A stretch of DNA of 64,000 bases, from contig OZ024741.1 of NCBI GenBank assembly GCA_964016885.1, positions 316,448,001 through 316,512,000 on the forward strand, written 5' to 3'. Positions 41,412 through 60,079 of this stretch are shown in pieces (the first letter of the stretch is position 1; every line of letters begins with the position of its first letter). The position numbers and the translations under genes are program-made. This DNA comes from Eledone cirrhosa (Eukaryota). A model generated the notes under the pieces. It worked only from the letters and a program-made list of their open reading frames with translations. It ran no database searches and had not been told where the DNA came from.

Positions 41412-44400
41412 AACGGTGCTGATGATAGCTAACAAGCTTGAAACTAGTACATCGTTCCTGTGTCAGTGTTGAACAAAAAGGTGACGTGGTTGCCTTAACA
41501 CCGTATGGCATAAATTCAGGCTGTTCAGTTTGTTTACAAACGAACAAAGCGACGTTAGCGCCGCTAAACTGATACGTGCATATATGTATGTGTACCTGTA
41601 TGCATATGTATGTATATATGTATATATATATATATATGTGCATGCTACTGTACGTCTGTATACATATATGTATGTACGTATACATGCATACTTACATTTA
41701 AGTAAGTGCCATACTAAGAGTGAGAAATGAAATTTCGTTTTCATTTTGTTTCAATTTATCGTTTTCGGTATGCCTGACCGATTTAACTCACTCAATATGC
41801 AAATTAGGCTGCTCAGCCGTTAATTTTCATAAGGAAAGTATATACTTTCGACCGTTCAACTATCTGGCAGATGGGTAAACGGTGCTGATGATAGCTAACA
41901 AGCTTGAAACTAGTACATCGTTCCTGTGTCAGTGTTGAACAAAAAGGTGACGTGGTTGCCTTAACACCGTATGGCATAAATTCAGGCTGTTCAGTTTGTT
42001 TACAAACGAACAAAGCGACGTTAGCGCCGCTAAACTGATACGTGCATATATGTATGTGTACCTGTATGCATATGTATGTATATATGTATATATATATATA
42101 TATGTGCATGCTACTGTACGTCTGTATACATATATGTATGTACGTATACATGCATACTTACATTTAAGTAAGTGCCATACTAAGAGTGAGAAATGAAATT
42201 TCGTTTTCATTTTGTTTCAATTTATCGTTTTCGGTATGCCTGACCGATTTAACTCACTCAATATGCAAATTAGGCTGCTCAGCCGTTAATTTTCATAAGG
42301 AAAGTATATACTTTCGACCGTTCAACTATCTGGCAGATGGGTAAACGGTGCTGATGATAGCTAACAAGCTTGAAACTAGTACATCGTTCCTGTGTCAGTG
42401 TTGAACAAAAAGGTGACGTGGTTGCCTTAACACCGTATGGCATAAATTCAGGCTGTTCAGTTTGTTTACAAACGAACAAAGCGACGTTAGCGCCGCTAAA
42501 CTGATACGTGCATATATGTATGTGTACCTGTATGCATATGTATGTATATATGTATATATATATATATATGTGCATGCTACTGTACGTCTGTATACATATA
42601 TGTATGTACGTATACATGCATACTTACATTTAAGTAAGTGCCATACTAAGAGTGAGAAATGAAATTTCGTTTTCATTTTGTTTCAATTTATCGTTTTCGG
42701 TATGCCTGACCGATTTAACTCACTCAATATGCAAATTAGGCTGCTCAGCCGTTAATTTTCATAAGGAAAGTATATACTTTCGACCGTTCAACTATCTGGC
42801 AGATGGGTAAACGGTGCTGATGATAGCTAACAAGCTTGAAACTAGTACATCGTTCCTGTGTCAGTGTTGAACAAAAAGGTGACGTGGTTGCCTTAACACC
42901 GTATGGCATAAATTCAGGCTGTTCAGTTTGTTTACAAACGAACAAAGCGACGTTAGCGCCGCTAAACTGATACGTGCATATATGTATGTGTACCTGTATG
43001 CATATGTATGTATATATGTATATATATATATATATGTGCATGCTACTGTACGTCTGTATACATATATGTATGTACGTATACATGCATACTTACATTTAAG
43101 TAAGTGCCATACTAAGAGTGAGAAATGAAATTTCGTTTTCATTTTGTTTCAATTTATCGTTTTCGGTATGCCTGACCGATTTAACTCACTCAATATGCAA
43201 ATTAGGCTGCTCAGCCGTTAATTTTCATAAGGAAAGTATATACTTTCGACCGTTCAACTATCTGGCAGATGGGTAAACGGTGCTGATGATAGCTAACAAG
43301 CTTGAAACTAGTACATCGTTCCTGTGTCAGTGTTGAACAAAAAGGTGACGTGGTTGCCTTAACACCGTATGGCATAAATTCAGGCTGTTCAGTTTGTTTA
43401 CAAACGAACAAAGCGACGTTAGCGCCGCTAAACTGATACGTGCATATATGTATGTGTACCTGTATGCATATGTATGTATATATGTATATATATATATATA
43501 TGTGCATGCTACTGTACGTCTGTATACATATATGTATGTACGTATACATGCATACTTACATTTAAGTAAGTGCCATACTAAGAGTGAGAAATGAAATTTC
43601 GTTTTCATTTTGTTTCAATTTATCGTTTTCGGTATGCCTGACCGATTTAACTCACTCAATATGCAAATTAGGCTGCTCAGCCGTTAATTTTCATAAGGAA
43701 AGTATATACTTTCGACCGTTCAACTATCTGGCAGATGGGTAAACGGTGCTGATGATAGCTAACAAGCTTGAAACTAGTACATCGTTCCTGTGTCAGTGTT
43801 GAACAAAAAGGTGACGTGGTTGCCTTAACACCGTATGGCATAAATTCAGGCTGTTCAGTTTGTTTACAAACGAACAAAGCGACGTTAGCGCCGCTAAACT
43901 GATACGTGCATATATGTATGTGTACCTGTATGCATATGTATGTATATATGTATATATATATATATATGTGCATGCTACTGTACGTCTGTATACATATATG
44001 TATGTACGTATACATGCATACTTACATTTAAGTAAGTGCCATACTAAGAGTGAGAAATGAAATTTCGTTTTCATTTTGTTTCAATTTATCGTTTTCGGTA
44101 TGCCTGACCGATTTAACTCACTCAATATGCAAATTAGGCTGCTCAGCCGTTAATTTTCATAAGGAAAGTATATACTTTCGACCGTTCAACTATCTGGCAG
44201 ATGGGTAAACGGTGCTGATGATAGCTAACAAGCTTGAAACTAGTACATCGTTCCTGTGTCAGTGTTGAACAAAAAGGTGACGTGGTTGCCTTAACACCGT
44301 ATGGCATAAATTCAGGCTGTTCAGTTTGTTTACAAACGAACAAAGCGACGTTAGCGCCGCTAAACTGATACGTGCATATATGTATGTGTACCTGTATGCA

Positions 44401-45184
44401 TATGTATGTATATATGTATATATATATATATATGTGCATGCTACTGTACGTCTGTATACATATATGTATGTACGTATACATGCATACTTACATTTAAGTA
44501 AGTGCCATACTAAGAGTGAGAAATGAAATTTCGTTTTCATTTTGTTTCAATTTATCGTTTTCGGTATGCCTGACCGATTTAACTCACTCAATATGCAAAT
44601 TAGGCTGCTCAGCCGTTAATTTTCATAAGGAAAGTATATACTTTCGACCGTTCAACTATCTGGCAGATGGGTAAACGGTGCTGATGATAGCTAACAAGCT
44701 TGAAACTAGTACATCGTTCCTGTGTCAGTGTTGAACAAAAAGGTGACGTGGTTGCCTTAACACCGTATGGCATAAATTCAGGCTGTTCAGTTTGTTTACA
44801 AACGAACAAAGCGACGTTAGCGCCGCTAAACTGATACGTGCATATATGTATGTGTACCTGTATGCATATGTATGTATATATGTATATATATATATATATG
44901 TGCATGCTACTGTACGTCTGTATACATATATGTATGTACGTATACATGCATACTTACATTTAAGTAAGTGCCATACTAAGAGTGAGAAATGAAATTTCGT
45001 TTTCATTTTGTTTCAATTTATCGTTTTCGGTATGCCTGGCCGATTTAACTCACTCAATATGCAAATTAGGCTGCTCAGCCGTTAATTTTCATAAGGAAAG
45101 TATATACTTTCGACCGTTCAACTATCTGGCAGATGGGTAAACGGTGCTGATGATAGCTAACAAGCTTGAAACTAGTACATCGTT
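41412..45184 (+). ncRNA. Nine hammerhead ribozymes (41412-41456, then every 466 bp to 45140-45184)
   Basis: AACGGUG-CUGAUGA-U-AGCU(AACA)AGCU-U-GAAA-C(UA)GUA-CAUCGUU: 7-bp stem I, intact core, palindromic ACUAGU stem III, GUA cleavage triplet (41447-41449). Confidence 0.87.
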
Positions 45185-45474
45185 CCTGTGTCAGTGTTGA
45201 ACAAAAAGGTGACGTGGTTGCCTTAACACCGTATGGCATAAATTCAGGCTGTTCAGTTTGTTTACAAACGAACAAAGCGACGTTAGCGCCGCTAAACTGA
45301 TACGTGCATATATGTATGTGTACCTGTATGCATATGTATGTATATATGTATATATATATATATATGTGCATGCTACTGTACGTCTGTATACATATATGTA
45401 TGTACGTATACATGCATACTTACATTTAAGTAAGTGCCATACTAAGAGTGAGAAATGAAATTTCGTTTTCATTT

Positions 45475-45510
<36 letters not shown>

Positions 45511-45519
45511 CATATATAC

Positions 45520-45550
<31 letters not shown>

Positions 45551-45631
45551 CATATATACATATATATATATGTATATATATATATATACATATATATATA
45601 TACATATATATATACCTTTTTTTTTAATTAC

Positions 45632-45668
<37 letters not shown>

Positions 45669-45689
45669 CATATATATGTATATATATAC

Positions 45690-45720
<31 letters not shown>

Positions 45721-45729
45721 CATATATAC

Positions 45730-45780
<51 letters not shown>

Positions 45781-45793
45781 CATATATATATAC

Positions 45794-45832
<39 letters not shown>

Positions 45833-45833
45833 C

Positions 45834-45896
<63 letters not shown>

Positions 45897-45899
45897 TAC

Positions 45900-45986
<87 letters not shown>

Positions 45987-46073
45987 CATATATATACATA
46001 TATATATATATACATATATATATATACATATATACATATATATATATACATATATATATATATACTTATATAC

Positions 46074-46130
<57 letters not shown>

Positions 46131-46140
46131 CATATATATA

Positions 46141-46169
46141 TTTTTTGTCTTCTCTGCGCATGCGTTTGC

Positions 46170-46170
<1 letters not shown>
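46141..46170 (-). mobile_element. 30-bp Penelope pseudo-LTR scrap
   Basis: TTTTTTGTCTTCTCTGCGCATGCGTTTGCG matches about 13453-13482. Confidence 0.75.
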
Positions 46171-46231
<61 letters not shown>

Positions 46232-46233
<2 letters not shown>

Positions 46234-49200
46234 CTTTGAATTACTTTGAAATGTTTTGGCCAGTATTGGCCCAGGCCATGTCTAACCTAATAGCACCACA
46301 TGGCGAAGTCTTTCAATTCAGGGTTTGGGCACCATGGCCCATTCGAGAAGAGAATTACTGTTTGCGGAGACATATCCGTGTGTGGGTGGTTTGTCCGGGA
46401 TTACTTGGAGGAATTTGTCCAAAGACTTCTTGAATTTTGTGTGGTCAGTTTCTGTTTTGACGTGTCCTCGTGTGATGTTGAAGAGAGCAGGGCCAATTGA
46501 GCTGAAATAATTGTGCCGTCTTGTTGTTATGAGTTGCGATTTAGATTTTTGTTTGGGACGTTAGCACGGTGCCCAAGCCTTGGGTGTAATTTGAAGGTGA
46601 TGCCAACATCATTTGGGCAGTGATGATGAAACATTTTCCACATCATGCAGATAATATAACGCTCACGGCGACGTTGGAGTGAGTAAAGTTTCAGCTTTTC
46701 TAGTCGACCCCAGTAGTCAAGGTCTGACATGCCATCTATCTTTTTCGTGATTGCCCTTTGGGGAGCTTCAAGTTTCATGATACTTTGTTTCGTGTGGGGA
46801 GACCACAGTGGACAACAGTATTCAAGGTGTGGTCGGGCAAAAGTAGAGAAGAGAAGGATAGTGGTGTGGGAATCTCTTGACTGGAAGGTTCTGAGGATCC
46901 AGGAACACATTCTGCGGGCCATGTCAACTTTGCTGCTTATATGCGTGGCCCAGCTTATGTTGCTGTCCACGGTTACTCCCAAGTCTCTCATGTTGTTAGA
47001 TGCCACGAGAGTTTCACCGGAGGGAAGGGAGTGCGGGAGTTTCAGAGCATCCTCTTTTCCAAAGTGGATCAGTTCGAATTTGTCTTCGTTCAGTAACATG
47101 TTGTTCTTTTCCGCCCATTGGGTAACAGCCAGTAGGTCTGACTGAAGGCTTATCCGGTCATCCACGCCATCGATGACCTTTTGGAGCTTGGAATCGTCAG
47201 CGAAAATTGTAATGTTGCTGTGTTTGATGATGTCAGTGATGTCATTAATATAGATGATGAAGAGAAGTGGGCCCAACACAGTGCCTTGTGGGACCCCACC
47301 ACTGACTTTGGCTGGGCTGGATTTGACTCCTTCGACTACAACATGTTGGGTTCTGTTTGACAGGAAGCTCTTGATCCACTGCAGCAGCTTTCCAGTGACA
47401 CCAATATTGGACAGCTTTCTCAGTAGAATGTTGTGATCAACCCTGTCAAAGGCCTTGCTGAAATCAAGGTAGATAACATCAGTGTTGGAACCCTCTCCCA
47501 AGGCTCTCAAAATGTCATCAAAGTGATGCAGTAGCTGCGTCAGGCAATCCCCTCCATTACGGAATCCATGCTGGTTGGAGTTCAGCATATTGTTACTCTC
47601 AAGGAAGTGGGTCATTCGCGATCTCACCACTCTCTCAAATACCTTAATGATATGAGAGGTGAGTGAGATTGGACGGTAATTCACGGCAAGGGATTTGTTT
47701 CCTTTTTTGAAAACTGGGACAACAGACTGGGATAGAAGGTTTTCTGGCACATATCCAGCATCCAGTGATTTCCGCCACAGATTGGCAAGAGGAGATGCAA
47801 GTTGGTGTTGACACGCCTTCAAGACACAAGCAGGGAACCTATCGGGACCTACTGCTGAATTATGCTTGATTTCCTTTATTGCCGCTAAGACATCAGGGGC
47901 GCCAAACGTTATGTCCGATAAGGTGTAATGGGGAGTAACATCGCCGATACAGCCCAGATCGGCCATATCAGGATTGCTCAAAACAGAGCAGTATTGTTTC
48001 TACAGTATCTCACCCATGGTTTTAGCATTGTCTTGAAGAGTGCCATTTTCATCAATTAGAGGGCCAACAGTGGAGCCAGTGATTTTTGTGTTTTTTTGCA
48101 AATGAAAAGAACACTTTGGGATTGAGTTTGATCTTCTCAATGGCCCAGGCCTCTTCAGCTCTTCTCTGATTGTTGATGATAGACATCATATTGTTTTGGA
48201 GGTTATGTTTTTTAATCTCTAGTGATGAAATGGCAGTCAAGTTGATGTGTTGCTGCTGACAGTATTTCAGCTTGTTGATTTTTTTGTTCGTTCTCTTAAT
48301 TTACCTGATGAGCGTTTTTCTATTTCTAGATTTGTTTATAGTTCTTAATGGGGTGTGTTTTGCACATATGTTTGTAACAGTGTCCACAAATGTCTGCCAG
48401 GACTTTTTGATGTTAGTGGGTGTATGAGTGTGCGTGAAGGACCAGTCGACATGTGCAAGATCATGACTGATCGCTTCCCAGTTTGCATTGTGGAAATCCA
48501 TAGCGTCAAACGGATGGACAGGAGAGATGACATTGGGTTTGTATATTGGACGGTGGAATCTCAGATCACAGAGAACCATGTCATGATCAGAGAGTAGAGT
48601 TTTCTCCACTGCAATATTGTGGATATTGTCAGTGTGATTGCTGAAAATTAAGTCTAGGACGTTTTTGTGGCACCTCGTTGGTTCGAGCACCAGTTGGGAC
48701 AGGAAGAAATCATCCATGAAGTCAAGAAGCGATTCCACTGCTTCCCTGTCAGAGGTTGAGGCAGAAGAACCTGGTGGCAGGCTGTTTGTGGACCAGTCAA
48801 CTCCGGGGAGGTTGAAGTCCCCCATCATTAAGATGTTGTCAGGGTGACACTCTTGGATGAAACACTTTATGCTGTTGAGGCATTCCTTGAAGCATGGTAC
48901 AGGCGTTTGGGGTGGCCTATAGAGCCCAACTACTATTAGGTTGTTGATTTGACTGAATACAGTGACTGCTTCGCAGTATCCATTAGTGAATATGTTCATA
49001 GCCTCTGTTGAGAAAGAATTATGGACATAAATGGCAGTCCCACCCTTTCTTCTGCCAGCGCGATCAGCACGGATGGCTTTGAAATTTTTCACTTTCACCT
49101 CGGCTTCCAAGTGGAGGTTACTGAGATGGGTTTCAGTGAGAACGAAGAAAGGGATGTGGTTTGGATGGACATCAACCCAGTCCTCCAGGAATTTGATCTT

Positions 49201-49322
49201 CCATTTTTGAGTATTGGTGGAAGGGCTGATGCCTTGGGCGTTAAGCAAAAATGTTGAGGCGAGAGTGGATGGTTTTAATTGTTTTGGTGTGTTGTTAATT
49301 TGTTTGTTTGTTAATGGCAGCA
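46232..49322 (-). mobile_element. CR1-clade LINE ORF2 (APE 49323-48301; RT 47981-46527), few frameshifts
   Basis: LNAQG, LTETHL, MGDFN, SDH; LDFSKAFDRVDH, GVPQGTVLGPLLF, FADD. Confidence 0.94.
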
Positions 49323-52541
<3,219 letters not shown>

Positions 52542-55500
52542 GGTGAAATTAGGAGTCAGCGAAACTGGTCAAAGATGGAACTAGTGGTTTTGATCAAGGG
52601 GTGGACCATGGCTGATGGCTCTCCACTAAGCAAAAAGATGGCAGAGAACCTGAAGAGCCATGGGTTTCTGAGGACCCTGGCACAGATAGAGAGAGAGAGA
52701 AAAGAAATTGAGAAGGCGTATGTCCTCATAACGCCACATATGGCGATGCTAAGCCGTGTCCTCAGGGAGGAGAATACCGAAGAGAAGGCAGAGGAGAGGG
52801 AGAAAGAAAAAGAAAAGGAGCAGAGCACAAGCACGGACCTGAAAGAAAATGAGATATTCTCCGCCACAGTCATGGAGGGCAGGCCGGGCAACCAACAATC
52901 AAAGGGCAAAGGTGAAAAGCGAAATCACCTTCATAAGCAGAACCAAGCGCAGAGGGACCAGTGAACAACTGTTCAAAGGAAGAACAGAAAGCACCGAGAC
53001 ACTGGGAGCAAAAAAACCCAAGTAATGTGCAAGTCTTTCAAGAACGGGACATGCTGGCATGGAGAGACAGGGATGGATGCAGATTCGCGCACCCTAGGTC
53101 TCAAACGAACTATGCCCATCCTACTCGCGCAACATGCCCCAGCCAAAGTCGAAATAAGCCGCTCCAGAAGTATGCTGATGTCGCTCGTGCCGCACCAACA
53201 AGGAGAAGGCACGCACATGCCGACGAGATACAGATGGCAGCAGCAGAGCAGATTTTTTTTCTAGTGATGTTAGAGAAGATTGTGGGACAGCTGACCTGGC
53301 TGCATCGTCTCTAGAGCCAGAGTCACCCACACCAGCACTCGAGACCACCACAGCTAAGGGACCCAGAGTGGCCGCCGCTGACACCAGACCAGGTGTTATA
53401 CTGACAGCCATTACTGGCACCTCAAAAGTCACACCAGTGCTGCTGCTGAATGTCAGAGGCCTGGTGAAACCCAGTAACATGAGTAAAATTTCCTACCTGG
53501 GAGACTTGGGCATAAGCAATCAAGCATTATGCATGGCACTAACCGAAACGCACCTGACAAGCAGTATAGCAGATGCAGAATTACATATACCGAAATATAC
53601 TGTATTTCGTTCGGACAGGAAGGAGAGAACTCATGGTGGGGTTGCTCTGTATATCCGTGAAGATGTCACACCAATTGTACTGTTGACACATTCAAACTCA
53701 GTCTGTGACTCACTGATAGTAGATATGAAGCAACTACAGACAGTAATATGTGTCACATATCGGTCGCCCGATGCCCCCAGTCATGAGGGTAAATTTGAGG
53801 ATAGCCTAAGTAGGATAGAAGAGGTCCTTGACAAACTGGACCAGGGTCTCAACATTCTACTGCTGGTAGACTTAAACCTACCAAAGGTCAAATGGCCTGA
53901 GGGCCACCTCCTCCCTGGAATGACGTCAATAGAACAGAGACAGACGGAATCCCTGCTGGCCCTTACACACAGGCTGTTCATGGAGCAAGCAATGCTCCTC
54001 CCAACAAGAGGCGAAAATGTCCTGATGGAATCCCTGATGGATTCCCAGCAGTTCTCTTAAAAATATGTAAGCGGGTCTTAGCAACTCCACTGAAGATGCT
54101 CTTCAAAAGCTCCTTGGCTAGCGGTGTACTACCCAAGGAGCTGAAAGAAGGCACAATATGCCCTATCCATAAAGGAGGTAGCAGAGCGGAATCCAAAAAC
54201 TATAGGCCAGTCTCCCTGACGTCGCATATCAGTAAGGTCATGGAGCGAGTCGTCAGAAAGCAACTGATCACTTTCCTCGAGGAAAATGACCGCCTGACTA
54301 GCACGCAACATGGCTTCCGCCCAGGAAGAAGCTGCCTTACACAGCTGCTACATCACGACGACCGGGTACTGAAACAACTACTAGACAGCTCACATGCGGA
54401 CGTGATATATCTTGACTTTGCGAAGGCCTTTGACAAGGTCGACCACGGAATGATATGTCACAAACTACACGGACTCGGCATAACTGGAAAAGTAGGTGAG
54501 TGGCTGCATGACTTCCTAAAGGACAGAAGCCAGGCAGTCGCAGCAAATGGGGCCCTCTCAAAGGAAACACCAATAACAAGTGGGGTGCCCCAGGGGACAG
54601 TCCTGGGACCACTACTGTTTTTGGTGGTTCTCTCAGACATGCCCTCTGTAGTACATACAACAACATCCCTCACTAGCTATGCTGATGACACTAAGGTAGC
54701 ATAGGCAATCAAAAACCCGGCTGACGCTGCCCTTTTACAGCAGGATCTGGATGCCATATACAAATGGGCGGAAGAAAACAACATGCAGTTTAATGCTAGC
54801 AAATTCCAAGCCCTATAATACAAACCTCCAAACAAACCTGCAATCACAAATATAGTACAACACAACTACACAGAACCAGGAGGGACCGATATCCCCGTGT
54901 CAAAATCGATACGAGACCTGGGCATAGACATGAGCGATGATGCATCTTTTTCTTCACACATCATGAAAGTGGTGACAATGTGCAGACGACTCGCTGGCTG
55001 GATCTTGAGGACTTTCCGCACAAGAGATCGAGACACCATGTTGACACAATGGAGGACATTTGTCTTAAGCCGCCTGGACTACTGCTCCCAGTTATGGTCA
55101 CCCCATAGTGTCAAACTAACCACGGAGCTTGAGACAATCCAGCGAAGCTACACCAAGAGGATTGCCAAGATGAGGCATACAAGCTACTGGGAGAGGCTAA
55201 AGGAACTGAACCTCTACTCCTGGAACGAAGACGGGAGAGATACGCAGTGATCTACATGTGGAAAATCCTGGAGGGACTAGCACCAAACTTTGGCATTGGG
55301 AGCTGGACCAACCGTCAAACTGGACGTCACTGTGTGGTGCCAAAGGTCCCGTCTTCCACATCAAGAATAAGGAGCAGGTATTGCAATAGCCTGGGATTCA
55401 AGGGCCCTCAACTCTTCAACAGGCTGCCGAGAGATCTGAGAGATTTGCATGACGTGGAGGTGGATGTCTTTAAGAAACATCTCGACACCTTGTTATGCAG

Positions 55501-55675
55501 TATCCCGGATGAGCCCACAGCAAGACACGAGGGAAACCTAAGGGCAGCAGCAACAAACTCCCTCTTACACCAGTGGCCAACCTATACAGGCTGGAGATGA
55601 GATGTGTAGCAACAAGGGCGGTGCCCCAGCATGGCCTCAGCCGGATGGCTGAAACAAGTAAAAGAGTAAAAGAGT
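52542..55675 (+). mobile_element. Second CR1-clade family: ORF1 remnant (CCCH-like finger) + APE + RT, internally deleted near 54020
   Basis: CKSFKNGTCWHG..GCRFAHP; LNVRGL, LTETHL; LDFAKAFDKVDH, SGVPQGTVLGPLLF, YADD; (GTAAAAGA)n tail. Confidence 0.9.
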
Positions 55676-58241
<2,566 letters not shown>

Positions 58242-58242
58242 C

Positions 58243-58825
58243 CACGATAACTTAACGGAGGCATAGGCCCACGCTATTCCCTGTAAATAATGTGCTCAAA
58301 GGAGAAGAAATCCTCAATACACTGGTGGTTTTTTTCCCTGTTTTATTGATAACGCACTGTATATCTCTCTCTAATGTGTTACCTTTTCAACATATTGTAT
58401 TTTAAAGTGCTCAGGATTTCTTCTCCTTTGAGCACATTATTTACAGGGAATAGCGAGTGCCTATGCCTCCGTTAATTTATCGTGATATTTCGCTCCTAAT
58501 AACAGTCTTTCCTATCTCTGTTTGGTTGAGCACACTTCTCTGAGTGGCTTTGGGCTGCTCTTTCTAGCAGTTTGTCCCTCAGAGGCCACTGGTTCACTGC
58601 CCTTAAACACGCTGACTTCTCTCTCCCACGTGTAGCTGGACAGTCAATTTTAAAATTCTCTTAGTGTAGTCTGAAATGTATAGCCTTACACACGCTGATG
58701 AACCGAGGCTAACCCATTTCTTTCAACAAATTACGGGTGAAACATATCTTTGGATTTGGACATGTGTTATATAGTTATAGAGGTATTTATTTACGCTTTA
58801 ATTTATATTTTTAATTATCGTGTCT
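58243..58825. mobile_element. Penelope-LTR-like fragment with inverted head and degenerate hammerhead (about 58692-58752, +)
   Basis: 58244-58323 is inverted versus about 58405-58486; CTGATGA-ACC..GGT-GAAAC-AT-ATC. Confidence 0.65.
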
Positions 58826-58829
58826 ATAG

Positions 58830-58990
58830 TCGCGCCACCATCATTGTTACCAGGGAAAGAAACTCTTGCTAGATATCCTGCTCCACCATCACTGTTACCA
58901 GGGAAACACCCATGACAGCTGTCTCGCCCCACCACCACTGTTACCAGGGAAACAAACTCTTGCCAGACGTCTCGCTCCACCATCACTATT
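58830..58990. repeat. ~45-50-bp minisatellite, about 3.5 copies
   Basis: CCACCATCACTGTTACCAGGGAAA repeats. Confidence 0.8.
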
Positions 58991-59169
58991 TGTATTTCTG
59001 ATACTGTCTTCAAATATGTGTCTCTTTAATGTCAATATAAGTTAGCAGTTCGTCTCTCACAGTTCATCTGCCTATATAGTAGCTGCTATAGCACCAGGTT
59101 TAAAGATTATTTCTTCAGGATATCTCACACAGTGACATGCCAATTACAATTTTCTATGGTTAATCTATA

Positions 59170-59329
59170 GGCGGCGAATTAGCAGAGTTGTTAGAACGTT
59201 AGATAGAATGTTTTATGGTATTCGTTCCGGCTCTTTGCTCTCGGAGTTCAAATCCCGTCGAGATCAACATTGCCTTTCACCCTTTTGAAGTCGATAAGAA
59301 AAGTACCAGTCTAGTACTGGGGTCGATTC
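59170..59329 (+). mobile_element. tRNA-derived SINE
   Basis: GGCGGCGAATTAGCAGAG..GAGTTCAAATCCC..TGCCTTTCACCC..GTACCAGT. Confidence 0.8.
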
Positions 59330-59603
59330 TACATCTCTCTGGAATAAATCTGCTGCACTCAGGCTTGGAGAGGAATGGGCTCCGCCAGGCTTTATATGCC
59401 CAAGAAACGCCCTATGTAAATATGGCGGCCCAATGACTCTATCAGGAGTTACAGAACCATACCATACCATGGTTAATCTGTCCATGTATTGGCTGCCATA
59501 GCGCTCAGGATGTCTCTCAGAGTAGGGTGGTATAGTGGCAGAAATCTTTGATCATTTAAAGGATGATAAATAAAGTACTAGATTAATATTAGAATCGATT
59601 TTC

Positions 59604-59656
<53 letters not shown>

Positions 59657-60079
59657 TCCACCACTCTCTCCCTCTCTGTGTTCTCACCTGGAGGGTGTTG
59701 GGCTCCGCCATGTTTGAATGTCCAAGACACGTCGATTGTTGGGGGAGGGGGCAACACCTACGATTTCATCGCATATATGTTGATTTGCTCCTCTTGTCAG
59801 AAAAGTGCCATCCTTATACAGAACATTGCACGATCATGTGCATGCAGATAACTTTTCAGACCAGCTTTTATTTTGCCAGCACGATCACATATGTGACATT
59901 TGAACTGTCTGTCTCCTGGCATTACTGGGTGGAGTGTGTCTTCATGCATTCTATTATGTCTTGTCAACCCACCCGCTAATTTGCAAATTAAGCCACATTC
60001 ATTGCAAATGTACCGCGGTAGGCGTGACGGTAGAATAAGTGGCTCGATTTCTCTCTGGCTCGTGTGACTTTAGATGGTT

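Noticed and set aside
39105-45458. Repeated 112, 93 and 66 aa ORFs in the 466-bp unit
   Set aside because: Overlapping frames, partly microsatellite-derived, no recognisable domain; they repeat only because the DNA does.
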